Source: a virus (taxonomy: Duplodnaviria > Caudoviricetes). Taken from it: DNA of 51,077 nucleotides. The DNA lies in the IMG/VR virus record IMGVR_UViG_3300016654_000063, positions 1-51,077 of that record; one strand, written 5' to 3'. Made by a program: the position numbers and the translations under genes. Of the stretch, positions 25,860-40,844 are shown in pieces (the first letter of the stretch is position 1; every line of letters begins with the position of its first letter). Below the pieces are notes generated by a model. The model had not been told where the DNA came from, did no database searches, and saw only the letters and a program-made list of their open reading frames with translations.

Positions 25860-27521
25860 TTATTTCCAAGACTTTGTTGCGGGATCCCAAACCGGAATGC
25901 CGGAAGATTGGGGAGCAGCAGGAGCCGGTTGGGAAGAAAGCACTTTGGGATCAAATTTTTTGTACTGATCCCAATGGCTGCTTACGGCATCAGCACGATC
26001 CGACAGTCGCTTGAATCCATCGTAAATGTTTTTGACCAAGGCTCGGCGCTGGTCATTGGTCAGCATCGGATCCTTGAGATTGCCAATTGATTTTTCAAGG
26101 TTCGTTGCATCCAGATTGGAAGCCGCTCCCGGCAGTCTCGGGATCAACGGGATCAGACCTTTGCTCAATGCCTCAATTTCACGCAGAGCAGTGTTTTGGT
26201 CGGTGCCAAACAATGCGCCAACAGACGATGCAAAAGCACCAGCAAAGGCGCCGCTTGGCGCTTTTTCAATCTTGCTCTTGAGCGCTTCAACTTGCATGAG
26301 GGCGCTGTTTGCCTTAACACCCTCATTGACAATCGGCACAACCATCTTGTTGAACTCAATCTTCTGCTGATCGGTCAACTTGTTCTTTTGCTCTTCTATT
26401 TTTGCATCATGCGCTTCTCTGGCTCGGGCGGCAGATTCACTAGCCAAGTATCTCTGGAACGCTTGATTCACCTTGGTGTTATTTCGCGCCTCTTGACTGC
26501 CAACCGTTGCATTCATCGTGGTCAGCATTTGGTTGGAAAGGGTTGTTGCCTTTTCCTCATCAATCAAGCCTTGCGAATATTGCTTGGCAAGACGCTGCGC
26601 CTGCGCCTTGAAGGCGGGGCCAACACTCGGGCCAAGGTTGTCAGCAAGGAGCATCAGAGAGTCAAACGGCGTAGCAACGTCGCTTGCACCAGCCCCGGAA
26701 ATCAGGCCCAACTTCCGCATTTCAATTACAGACTTAACAAAGTTTGTTATGTTTTCCGGGCCAGCGGTTGAGAACAGGTTTGCCATGCCCTTCGGGTCAA
26801 CAGTGAATTTGCCATCCTCTGTGGGTTTAAATACGCCGGAATATGCCCGCTGCGTTCTTTCTTTGCGCTGCTGTTCAACAAAATCCATAACATCCTTGGG
26901 ATTACCCGTTATCTCCACCAGCCTTTGGATCGCTTTGGGATCAACTTCTAATAATTTATTTCCAGAAGCGTCTGTGCGCTCTATCAGAAGATTTTTTGAA
27001 ATATTTTTAACATCTTGTTCATCTGCAAGCTGTCTGCCCTTAATTATGTACTCAGGATTTCCAGTTAACTGTCCAAGTTGTTGAAAAGCAAGCGGGTTAA
27101 TTTGTTGTCTTTTTGCGCCAGAATCATCAGTCGTTTCGCTATATAAACTACCCAAAACACGCCTGCGCTGCATATCAGTCAAGTTTTGTTGATTCATCTG
27201 ATACTGCTGCTGCGCCAATTCAAAACGCATTTGAGCGTTTTCTCGGGCGGCGCGTTCTTGTGCGGCTTGAGCGGGGCCAACAAGACCCGCTGCGTTTGCT
27301 ATTGATTCACCAAAACCACCTGTCTTGGTAGGTGCAAGAAAACCCTGCGCCATCGCCAATAGAACAGGGTCAAACAATTGTTTTGGAGGCTCAGAAAGTT
27401 GCTGCTGTCTTTGTGCTAAAGACTGTTGCAAGACATTTTGACTTTGTTTTGCAAGCTCAAGCGCAGCAGATTCCTGCTCACCTTGAGGGTCAATATAACT
27501 AAAAGCTGAGTTTATTGCCAT
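25860..27521 (-). CDS. Putative ejection/DNA-transfer protein
   Basis: Q/A-rich helical protein, GAGG RBS before MAINSAF. Confidence 0.6.
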   Translation of the reverse strand: MAINSAFSYIDPQGEQESAALELAKQSQNVLQQSLAQRQQQLSEPPKQLFDPVLLAMAQGFLAPTKTGGFGESIANAAGLVGPAQAAQERAARENAQMRFELAQQQYQMNQQNLTDMQRRRVLGSLYSETTDDSGAKRQQINPLAFQQLGQLTGNPEYIIKGRQLADEQDVKNISKNLLIERTDASGNKLLEVDPKAIQRLVEITGNPKDVMDFVEQQRKERTQRAYSGVFKPTEDGKFTVDPKGMANLFSTAGPENITNFVKSVIEMRKLGLISGAGASDVATPFDSLMLLADNLGPSVGPAFKAQAQRLAKQYSQGLIDEEKATTLSNQMLTTMNATVGSQEARNNTKVNQAFQRYLASESAARAREAHDAKIEEQKNKLTDQQKIEFNKMVVPIVNEGVKANSALMQVEALKSKIEKAPSGAFAGAFASSVGALFGTDQNTALREIEALSKGLIPLIPRLPGAASNLDATNLEKSIGNLKDPMLTNDQRRALVKNIYDGFKRLSDRADAVSSHWDQYKKFDPKVLSSQPAPAAPQSSGIPVWDPATKSWK

Positions 27522-27529
27522 GATTTGCC

Positions 27530-28512
27530 TCAATATTTTTTGACGGCACCGCCTTTAGCAAACTCCAAAGATCCTATGTATTCACCTGAAACCGGGTTGA
27601 TTCCACCCAACCCCAAGTTGGGAGAAATTCCACCAAGTCCACCCAGAAAATCCTTAAATCCGCCAAGCAGTTGGTTACCCCATCCGCTAGGTGAGTTAAA
27701 TCCACTACCCAACAGCGAACCCAAGCCAGCGATCTGAGACAGCGGGGATGGGCCGTATACGTTTGCTGGGCCTTTGTACGTCTCTGTTGTGGTTGTTGGG
27801 TAGGTGTACCCCCTCATAATCTGAGCGACGTTCTGCGCCCGGGTTAGCGGTGCTTCAATCTTGCTTTGTTCGTAGGCAAGTTGTTGTGCGCCCAAATCTC
27901 CGAGAGACTTGATCGCCGTGGGGGCTGCTTGTGCTTCAGCAGATCCGATTCCTTGTAGTGCCTGAGCGCCTTGGGTTTGTAGTGCTTTCTGTCTTAGAGC
28001 AGCGTCTAGGGCGCTTTTATAGCCGCCAGACATCAACTCGGCCTGTTTCCCAAGCAGGTTGGCCTGTACGTCTGCCAGAGCTTGTCCTGTCGCTCCTGCG
28101 TATCGTTGACTTCCAAATCCCCCTGAGCCGGCAAATTGCGCCTTTAGTTGGGGTAGGAGGTTCCTCTGAACATTTAGCGAACTTTGGCGCGAAAGTTCAT
28201 CGATGACATTCTGCTGATACGGATCATAGAACTGAGAAATGTCTGCACTAGTGATCGGCGCAGCCCCCGCCTGAGCAGAAGTAGCGGCTTGGGTCAGAGG
28301 AGACTGATACCTAGCCAGCGTTCCTTGAGCGCTGGAGTACAGGTCTTGCAGGTTTTGCGGGAGGCCAGCAACCAAACTGCCCGCGGGCTGACCCAGTTGA
28401 GTTTGACCAGCTTTTGCAAGATCGGTCAAATAGTCGGTCAAATACTGCGGAGCAGTCGCCGCCGTGGTTCTGGTCGTCTCTATATTCGGCGGGGCAGACC
28501 CTTCAAATAGGC

Positions 28513-28516
<4 letters not shown>
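27530..28516 (-). CDS. Putative ejection/pilot protein
   Basis: 328 aa, Q/A/G-rich; FYDPYQQNVID and GGFGSQR; ends FAKGGAVKKY. Confidence 0.6.
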
Positions 28517-34365
<5,849 letters not shown>

Positions 34366-34623
34366 TTATCGCACCGATGGGTTAACGGCTCCGACCAAGG
34401 CTTGTGCCCAGTCTTGCCAATCTTCAAAACCATAAGGATCGGGCGTTCCTTCGTTTGAGAACACATCGATCCCCCTCAGTCCTGCGGCCCATGACTTCCA
34501 GTCCATGCCATCTCGCGGGATTTCTAATTGCTGTTGAGCGTACAGTTCGCACATGAGCGCCGCCCACGACTCAAAAGTGTGATACCTTGGATCATAGATA
34601 AGAGCAACAGGTGCGACACTCAT
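34366..34623 (-). CDS. Small hypothetical virion-module protein (W-rich)
   Basis: 85 aa, TAATG-coupled to the upstream gene. Confidence 0.7.
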   Translation of the reverse strand: MSVAPVALIYDPRYHTFESWAALMCELYAQQQLEIPRDGMDWKSWAAGLRGIDVFSNEGTPDPYGFEDWQDWAQALVGAVNPSVR

Positions 34624-36602
34624 TAGTATGGCCTTGCATCGCCGACATTTGCGTTGAGAATAACCTTGCCCAACTGGTAGTTCCCGCCAGAGACATTTGA
34701 CAAGAATTTGAGCCTTAGCTCTCGTCTTTGCTCACGCATGTCTATTTTATTTGTATCTGGATCAAATACATAGGGGCCGGTTGTTGAATCATCCGACTGA
34801 GCATATGGTCGTCCTGTAACGTATAGCTCCATTTCCCCTGATTGGATAAAGTCTGGCTCGACTCTTTCTATGTGTAGCCAACGATTATCCCCAACAGAAG
34901 ACACCTGAGACGGCCCACCCGTTACCCAGCCAAGATCATTTGTTTCAAAATAGCTTTGAATTGCTAGAGCCTGAGTATTCTGAATCTTGTCTGTTCCTAT
35001 TTCATGCTGCCAGATGCACACAAAATCGGTTGTCTCAGTTATTGTTAATTCAAAACCAGAACCAGCCGGAAGTGATGCTGTAAGAGTATCTCCAATGACA
35101 TAATTCTTTCCCTTGTCGTTTATGGTCACCGTGGTTACCACGTTCCCACTTACCACTATGGTTGCGGTAGCGCCAGTCCCCGATCCCCCAGTGAGCGTCC
35201 GATATGAATAAGTCCCGTTGGTATAACCAGATCCAGCACTTGTAATGGATACTACAGCAATCCCCCCAACCGCATCAATGTCAGTTGATGCATTCACGGG
35301 AAAGCGAAAAACTTGAGAGAAGTATCCGGCAGACCTACGAGCGCCGTCTGCTTGTCCTGCGTCGTACCAAGTGTTCTCTCGGATGTTATAGATAATGCAG
35401 TCGTTGCACTCTTCTGAATCTCCACGGGGGTAGAACCACCAGATCTCACCGAAACGGGGAACCTTGGTCGCCCAGACCTTTTGTCTTTGAGCGTAGTTCA
35501 AGTTGTCAAAGAACCAATTCTGGTTCATCTGGTTGGGAATCTCTTTGACCACCCCGTTGTACAAAAGAAAGCGATCTACCCCACACCAGTAATAGATACC
35601 GTCGTACTCAATGACAGACTGAGACGACAGAATGGATGATTGAGATGAGATGATGTCGTATCGCCAATACTGAGCGGGGCTTCCTACCCCACCAACAAAC
35701 GACACTCGAATCAGGCTATCAAGGCTCCAGAACAACCCAGATGGAGCGTTGGAGCCACCTCGAACGGGCAACCCCTTAACGATCTTCGTGCTAGATACGT
35801 TTACCTCATTTGCATCCGCAGACACCCAATCTTCTGCATTTCCTGCACTTCCGTTTCTGATCAGGCCGTAATTTCCATATACGAAAATATACGGATGGAG
35901 AATAGTAACCCCGCCAGATACAGAGACATTGTTGTTGAATGTACCCGTCACCGCACCAGAGGCAGATGCATTTGCGCTCATGGTAATCGTTGTAGTGGAT
36001 ACAGAAACTACCGTGGTGCTAGCTGGAATCCCTGTACCACTAATACTTTGACCGGCAGCAATAAGTGGATTTGCCACTGCAACAGTGACCGTATTAGCCC
36101 CGCTGGTTGTGGTAATAGTGTCAGTAAAAACACCCACCTGACTGAATGTAGTTCCGGTTATATCACCAATCAAAACAGGAGTATTCTGATCATTGTCAAT
36201 CTCTTGTAGATTTTGTCCCGGATGAGCCAAAAGAGATTGATTACCTGATCCACTAACATCAAAGAAAGAATCAAACTGCCACAGATTCAGGTCACTTTTT
36301 GTGAAGTTGGACAAGGTAAAATCAACAACTCCAGCACCTACCCCGTCATTGTTGATTGTCAAGGTCTGCAAACCATTGTTATAACCATTGAAGATTTGGT
36401 TAAAACCGTTTTGCGAATTAACGTAGATGCCTCTTGATATTCCAGAAACATCGCAACTGATTTCTCTAAATCCACCTATTTTTCTTGGGCGTCCGCGCTG
36501 AAAACGTACCCACTGACCATCAACATAAAAAGCCTTATCAAAAATAGTTCCATCCCTTTGAATTCCGGGTTGTGTATCTAGAGCGAATACTTTTGAAGTC
36601 AT
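34623..36602 (-). CDS. Tail hub/nozzle protein (P22 gp10 / tubular protein B-like)
   Basis: 659 aa, beta-rich; YYWCGVDRFLLYNG, FGEIWWFYP and YNIRENTW; positional context. Confidence 0.7.
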   Translation of the reverse strand: MTSKVFALDTQPGIQRDGTIFDKAFYVDGQWVRFQRGRPRKIGGFREISCDVSGISRGIYVNSQNGFNQIFNGYNNGLQTLTINNDGVGAGVVDFTLSNFTKSDLNLWQFDSFFDVSGSGNQSLLAHPGQNLQEIDNDQNTPVLIGDITGTTFSQVGVFTDTITTTSGANTVTVAVANPLIAAGQSISGTGIPASTTVVSVSTTTITMSANASASGAVTGTFNNNVSVSGGVTILHPYIFVYGNYGLIRNGSAGNAEDWVSADANEVNVSSTKIVKGLPVRGGSNAPSGLFWSLDSLIRVSFVGGVGSPAQYWRYDIISSQSSILSSQSVIEYDGIYYWCGVDRFLLYNGVVKEIPNQMNQNWFFDNLNYAQRQKVWATKVPRFGEIWWFYPRGDSEECNDCIIYNIRENTWYDAGQADGARRSAGYFSQVFRFPVNASTDIDAVGGIAVVSITSAGSGYTNGTYSYRTLTGGSGTGATATIVVSGNVVTTVTINDKGKNYVIGDTLTASLPAGSGFELTITETTDFVCIWQHEIGTDKIQNTQALAIQSYFETNDLGWVTGGPSQVSSVGDNRWLHIERVEPDFIQSGEMELYVTGRPYAQSDDSTTGPYVFDPDTNKIDMREQRRELRLKFLSNVSGGNYQLGKVILNANVGDARPY

Positions 36603-37840
36603 TAAAAAGACCCCCCAGAGACTCCGCCAGAAAATATTCCAGTTCCGGTCACAGAGACCCCACTTGCCGTGACATCCAACACCAAATTACCCAACACCGA
36701 CACGCCAAACCTTCCAGCGCCGGGACGATAAATACCTGTGTTGATTTCGGAGGAGAAATTAAGAGACGGAGATCCAGCAGAGCCGCTGATGATGCTCAAG
36801 GCCGTACCGCCCGCTTGAGTAGTATTTGCGTTGTAGAAGTTAGTTCCATCACAAATTAAAGTAGCCTGACCCGAAGAAGGAATGGTTGCAGTTGCACTTC
36901 CCCCGATGCCCGTCGTCACCGTCAGCGTATACCCGCCAGCCGTGGTTTGGTTTGAGATGACGTACAGATTCGCAACCGGAGGATAGGTAACCGTTACGTT
37001 GCCAGATAGCGTTCCTGTGTAGAACTGGATGGTGTTGGATGCTTCGCTTGCGGTTAGGGTATACGACCCCGTTGTCACGGCCTTGGTTAATACGTTGAAC
37101 TGAAACTCTGTGCTGACACCATAACCAATGGTGACATATGCCGTTCCCGTACAGACAATGAATGCAGACTCAGAGGGAGCAAAAGACTTTGTAAGGCCAC
37201 CATCAATCAGTTGGCTACTTGTGGTGTTTATCGTTACCGTGCCAGTTCCGTTGTTCTTGAACAGAACGAACCAGTTATTTCCGGTGCTAGCAGCAAGTGG
37301 CAAGGTGGCTGTTGTTGTGCCACCAGTCCAGATGTACGTTTGAGCGCGGTCTGCAACAGCAAAGGTATACGAAGCAATCAAAGACGCTGTGGGGTGGCTC
37401 TGATTCAGCGTCGAGGAGATCGCTGTAAGGCCCAGACCCGCCAAAGTCGCCGCATCTGCCGACGAAGTTCCCGCACCAAAAGCAATATTCCCCCAAGTGC
37501 CTTGTTCATTTGCGTTAGTCGTGATGTAGATGTACTTTGTCTCACCCGCAGCTATGGTGATGATCGTGTTGGTTCCATCGTAATCCTTGACCGTAAATGT
37601 ATTCGCACCAGTGTTTCGGATCAGGGCATCATTTCCTACTGATGTCTGATTCGCCGGGGGCATGTATAGACTCAGACCAGCAGAAGAGGCGGATACCTGC
37701 ATGATCCGCGCAGCGTAGTCGTCAGTAGCGTTACCGTTGATGGGCCACTCTAACTGTGTATTAGCAGTAAGAGTGATTGCCCGAAACGAAACGTCGGTCG
37801 GCTGGATCACTTGGCCTGTGAAGGGACTGTTGTAACTCAT
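36602..37840 (-). CDS. Tail/fibre-associated structural protein
   Basis: 412 aa, T/S/G-rich, with repeated KNNGTG/RNTGAN modules and a GSAGSPSLNF segment. Confidence 0.65.
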   Translation of the reverse strand: MSYNSPFTGQVIQPTDVSFRAITLTANTQLEWPINGNATDDYAARIMQVSASSAGLSLYMPPANQTSVGNDALIRNTGANTFTVKDYDGTNTIITIAAGETKYIYITTNANEQGTWGNIAFGAGTSSADAATLAGLGLTAISSTLNQSHPTASLIASYTFAVADRAQTYIWTGGTTTATLPLAASTGNNWFVLFKNNGTGTVTINTTSSQLIDGGLTKSFAPSESAFIVCTGTAYVTIGYGVSTEFQFNVLTKAVTTGSYTLTASEASNTIQFYTGTLSGNVTVTYPPVANLYVISNQTTAGGYTLTVTTGIGGSATATIPSSGQATLICDGTNFYNANTTQAGGTALSIISGSAGSPSLNFSSEINTGIYRPGAGRFGVSVLGNLVLDVTASGVSVTGTGIFSGGVSGGSF

Positions 37841-37849
37841 GGTCTATCC

Positions 37850-38485
37850 TTAACTGTCCAAAGCAATTGCCTGACGGTCTGCCATCCGAAGTTTGTCCTC
37901 GGAAATCAAGGTCTGCATGGCTTGGTCATATATACTCCGCCACAGCGGAACTCGCTCATCGTTCTTCAAGAAAGACATTGACTGCAACAAAGACCCGTAT
38001 AGAAGCGCCTGCGGGGCGTAGATCGTGAACCAGTTGGTTTGATTACTGCTATCCAAAGGTTGGATGCGCTCGTAGTACAGCACCTCAAAGGCATATGCCG
38101 CCGCCGGGGTTGGAGCGATGAGCCAGTGGGTGTAATCGTAGTCAGCGTAGAACTTTGGGACGCTTGTCTGGGCCGGGTCAGGCCAATACTCTCGCAGGTA
38201 CTCGTACTTACGCAGAAGCACCGGATAGCGTTTCCCGTCCACAGTAATGTTCATGGACACCGTTTTGTGCCAACGGGCCGGCTTATCAATGATGTTTTGA
38301 CCGGTCACCATGTTGCTGGTGTTGACGGTCAGGTTGCCAAGAAACTTGATTTGCGAAGCAATAGTCTGCTCCGCCAACATGATAAAGAGTGGTATCTTGT
38401 CCAGAGTCGCAGTATCAGTACGCTCCAGATACGACTGGATGTTCTCTACGAGCGAATCGTAGGTCATAACCGCAGCAACCGTCAT
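37850..38485 (-). CDS. Head-tail adaptor-type protein
   Basis: MTYDSL...IQSYLER, IPLFIMLAE, APTP..AY..E.LYY and TNWFT..APQALLYGSL. Confidence 0.7.
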   Translation of the reverse strand: MTVAAVMTYDSLVENIQSYLERTDTATLDKIPLFIMLAEQTIASQIKFLGNLTVNTSNMVTGQNIIDKPARWHKTVSMNITVDGKRYPVLLRKYEYLREYWPDPAQTSVPKFYADYDYTHWLIAPTPAAAYAFEVLYYERIQPLDSSNQTNWFTIYAPQALLYGSLLQSMSFLKNDERVPLWRSIYDQAMQTLISEDKLRMADRQAIALDS

Positions 38486-38486
38486 A

Positions 38487-38879
38487 TCACCACACCTTTT
38501 TCTTTATTGACTCGGGTTGAGGAACAAACTGTTTGCCTTGCCGGGTTCCTTCCCGCTTTGCGCGAGTTGTGGCCGCATATTCGGCTGGAGTCAACTTCTC
38601 TCGGGCCGCTTTGGGGAGATATCGCTCACCAGTAGCTTTTGGACCCTGAGTAGATGGCTTGCCAGACTTGGTTCCCCAATCTTCTTTTGTCCATTTTGAG
38701 AGCGAATTATCTGACTTTTTGGGGCCTTTGTAACCGCCGCCAGATGCTTTATATTTTTGCGTAGCCAGTTGCGCTTTACGGGCGCTCCACTGTCCCGGGC
38801 TTCCGCCTTTTCCAGATGCTTTTACCGAGGCAACGATTCGCTTCCACTTACCCGGGTTTGTCTTTTCCGCCGAACTCAT
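38487..38879 (-). CDS. Small basic phage protein (DUF5872-like)
   Basis: GGSPGQWSARKAQL...GGGY, L.KWTKEDW.TKSG and ERYLPK. Confidence 0.7.
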   Translation of the reverse strand: MSSAEKTNPGKWKRIVASVKASGKGGSPGQWSARKAQLATQKYKASGGGYKGPKKSDNSLSKWTKEDWGTKSGKPSTQGPKATGERYLPKAAREKLTPAEYAATTRAKREGTRQGKQFVPQPESIKKKVW

Positions 38880-39343
38880 GCGCCCCCCAAAAACAGGCTT
38901 TCGGCCTTTCGCCTTTTTACCAGACCCGGGAGTGTTTTACCGCCCGCTTTTGTCCAGAGCATTATTTGCTCAATAGCGCCATCCCAATCTTTCTCGTTGA
39001 CTCGGCGGCGTAGTGTGCTGCTGCGGTATCGCCCCACCCCAAGATTGTAGGCAAAATCTGTTATTGCGCCTAGTGCCCAAGGATTGGATATTAGGCTCGG
39101 AGATGCCTTTAGCACGCCGGCTAAGTAATTAGACTTAAGTTCAGAAATCAGCCACTCCTCGGCTGTTTCTTTGGTGATTGGCGGATCGTCTAATTTAACC
39201 TGAGTTCCGTCGGGCTTGAATACGGTTCCGTAGCCAATCGTAGGGTATCCGGCGGGGCAGAGGTAGGGCTTGAGCCGTAGTCCCTCAAATCGTCGGCACA
39301 GAGATGCGGCAATCTCTACCGCTTCATCTATGGAAGCGGTCAT
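38876..39343 (-). CDS. Endolysin (GH24 lysozyme)
   Basis: [21 protein letters not shown] catalytic region (Cys at the usual Asp position), FAYNLG and [11 protein letters not shown]. Confidence 0.9.
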   Translation of the reverse strand: MTASIDEAVEIAASLCRRFEGLRLKPYLCPAGYPTIGYGTVFKPDGTQVKLDDPPITKETAEEWLISELKSNYLAGVLKASPSLISNPWALGAITDFAYNLGVGRYRSSTLRRRVNEKDWDGAIEQIMLWTKAGGKTLPGLVKRRKAESLFLGGA

Positions 39344-39821
39344 AGTGTATTGATAGGGGCCGTTTGTACCCCTCTGCTTTTGCAAGCGTCCATGCCATTT
39401 TTACGCCAAAAGAGCGCAACATTTTTGACGATTCGCTGTGCTTGGCGCCCAACGCGCCAACATACCGCCCTTTTTGAGCCATATCAACCATGTTGTCTTT
39501 TGGGGTACCTAGAAATAAATGCGCCGGATTGCAGCACTTTCTGTTGTCGCACTTGTGCAACACAAAAAGGTTGTCATGGATTTCCCCGTTTGTTAGCAAC
39601 CAAGCCATGCGGTGAGCCGTTTCCGGTTTGGTTGGCGTTAGCGCAAATTGCCCGTATCCAGTTGCTTTGAAAAACGAGGCGCCCCATTCCCAACAATCTT
39701 CATGTTTATTGACTTTTGACCAAAACCTGCATTCCAAACAACATTGTTTTTCTCTGCCGCCGTTTTTTCGCAAAAACATCTTGCCGCAGTAAGTGCATGA
39801 AATTGGTTTTTGGGGGGTCAT
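39324..39821 (-). CDS. HNH homing endonuclease
   Basis: RFWSKV...CWEW...GYG...AHRMAW...[24 protein letters not shown]. Confidence 0.9.
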   Translation of the reverse strand: MTPQKPISCTYCGKMFLRKNGGREKQCCLECRFWSKVNKHEDCWEWGASFFKATGYGQFALTPTKPETAHRMAWLLTNGEIHDNLFVLHKCDNRKCCNPAHLFLGTPKDNMVDMAQKGRYVGALGAKHSESSKMLRSFGVKMAWTLAKAEGYKRPLSIHYDRFHR

Positions 39822-40288
39822 TGCTTTGAACGTTCGTATACGCGCCCTACAAACCAGAAGGATATCACAAGATTAAAAGTCGCCAGATCGTCGCTACCCC
39901 ACATCTGGATCAGCACCTCTTTCCAGTCACCGTTTTGCTGAATAGCAATCATGAACGCCGCAATCTTGACCGCCGCGTACAAGCCAAGGAAAGCGTAGGT
40001 AACGGTCGGCCGAACCAGTGCAGAGATGGCTGACACAAACCAGCCGGCATTCTTTGCTGTTTGGCTTTGTTCTTTGAACGCTTCTCCAATAGCGCCCATC
40101 TCGGCCATCGTCATGGATGCCTCTACCTGTCTCATGGCTATCTCGCCACGGATTCGGGCAAAATCCATCTCGGCCTGAAGTAATGCAAGCTCATGCTTGC
40201 GCTCGCTTGCGCGGTCAAACAATTTAAACACTTCCGGGGCCAGCCGGAGAAGACCGCCGAACACACCGCCAAGGAGAGTCTCAAGCAT
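39818..40288 (-). CDS. Putative holin (3TM type)
   Basis: Hydrophobic N-terminus, [10 protein letters not shown] and ISFWFVGR; upstream of the endolysin. Confidence 0.65.
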   Translation of the reverse strand: MLETLLGGVFGGLLRLAPEVFKLFDRASERKHELALLQAEMDFARIRGEIAMRQVEASMTMAEMGAIGEAFKEQSQTAKNAGWFVSAISALVRPTVTYAFLGLYAAVKIAAFMIAIQQNGDWKEVLIQMWGSDDLATFNLVISFWFVGRVYERSKQ

Positions 40289-40290
40289 GT

Positions 40291-40434
40291 TTACCTCGTC
40301 AGCATATAAAGCCCAACATTGCTGAAAGCATAGCCAGCATATACGATAGCCATATACATGTTACCTTTGGTGATCTGTTCAATCGCCACTAATGCATAGG
40401 CTATGCCAACAGCAATGATGAGCCAAGAGCTCAA
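40291..40434 (-). CDS. 47-aa membrane protein (not in ORF track)
   Basis: TTG start overlapping the upstream stop; SSWLIIAVGIAYALVAIEQ..KGN..MAIVYAGYAFSNVGLYML. Confidence 0.6.
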   Translation of the reverse strand: MSSWLIIAVGIAYALVAIEQITKGNMYMAIVYAGYAFSNVGLYMLTR

Positions 40435-40634
40435 AAAGTTTCTCTCAAAAGCAAATACTCATCAATAATGGATCTAATTTGCTCTATAGCCATATTCTCC
40501 TCCAGATCATATTTTTCTGTTTTTCGGAGAACTTCATTTATATCATCCAGCCATGATTCAAACTGAATAGCGTGAATTGCAAAGTTGAACTCTGTCTCTT
40601 CTTCGGGAATTTCATATTCAAGTATTGCCTTCAT
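40431..40634 (-). CDS. Small acidic hypothetical protein
   Basis: MKAILEYEIPEE..., AGGAG RBS. Confidence 0.7.
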   Translation of the reverse strand: MKAILEYEIPEEETEFNFAIHAIQFESWLDDINEVLRKTEKYDLEENMAIEQIRSIIDEYLLLRETF

Positions 40635-40643
40635 CTTTAGCTC

Positions 40644-40844
40644 CTATTGAATTGATCGTCTTTCAATACGATCGTTGATTATCTTCATCTCTTCTTCAGA
40701 AACTGGTTCAGCTTTCAAAAAAAGAGTCCCATCTGCCGCCATTTGACGAACTTCTGCCAACATTTCCTGTAATTCTTCTTCTGTTCCATCCCAATCATTA
40801 AAACATCCGGGCATAAATACAATTTCTATCTCAGGGTTCTGCAT
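40644..40844 (-). CDS. Small acidic hypothetical protein
   Basis: GAGGAG RBS before MQNPEIEIVFMPGCFNDWDGTEEEL. Confidence 0.7.
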   Translation of the reverse strand: MQNPEIEIVFMPGCFNDWDGTEEELQEMLAEVRQMAADGTLFLKAEPVSEEEMKIINDRIERRSIQ

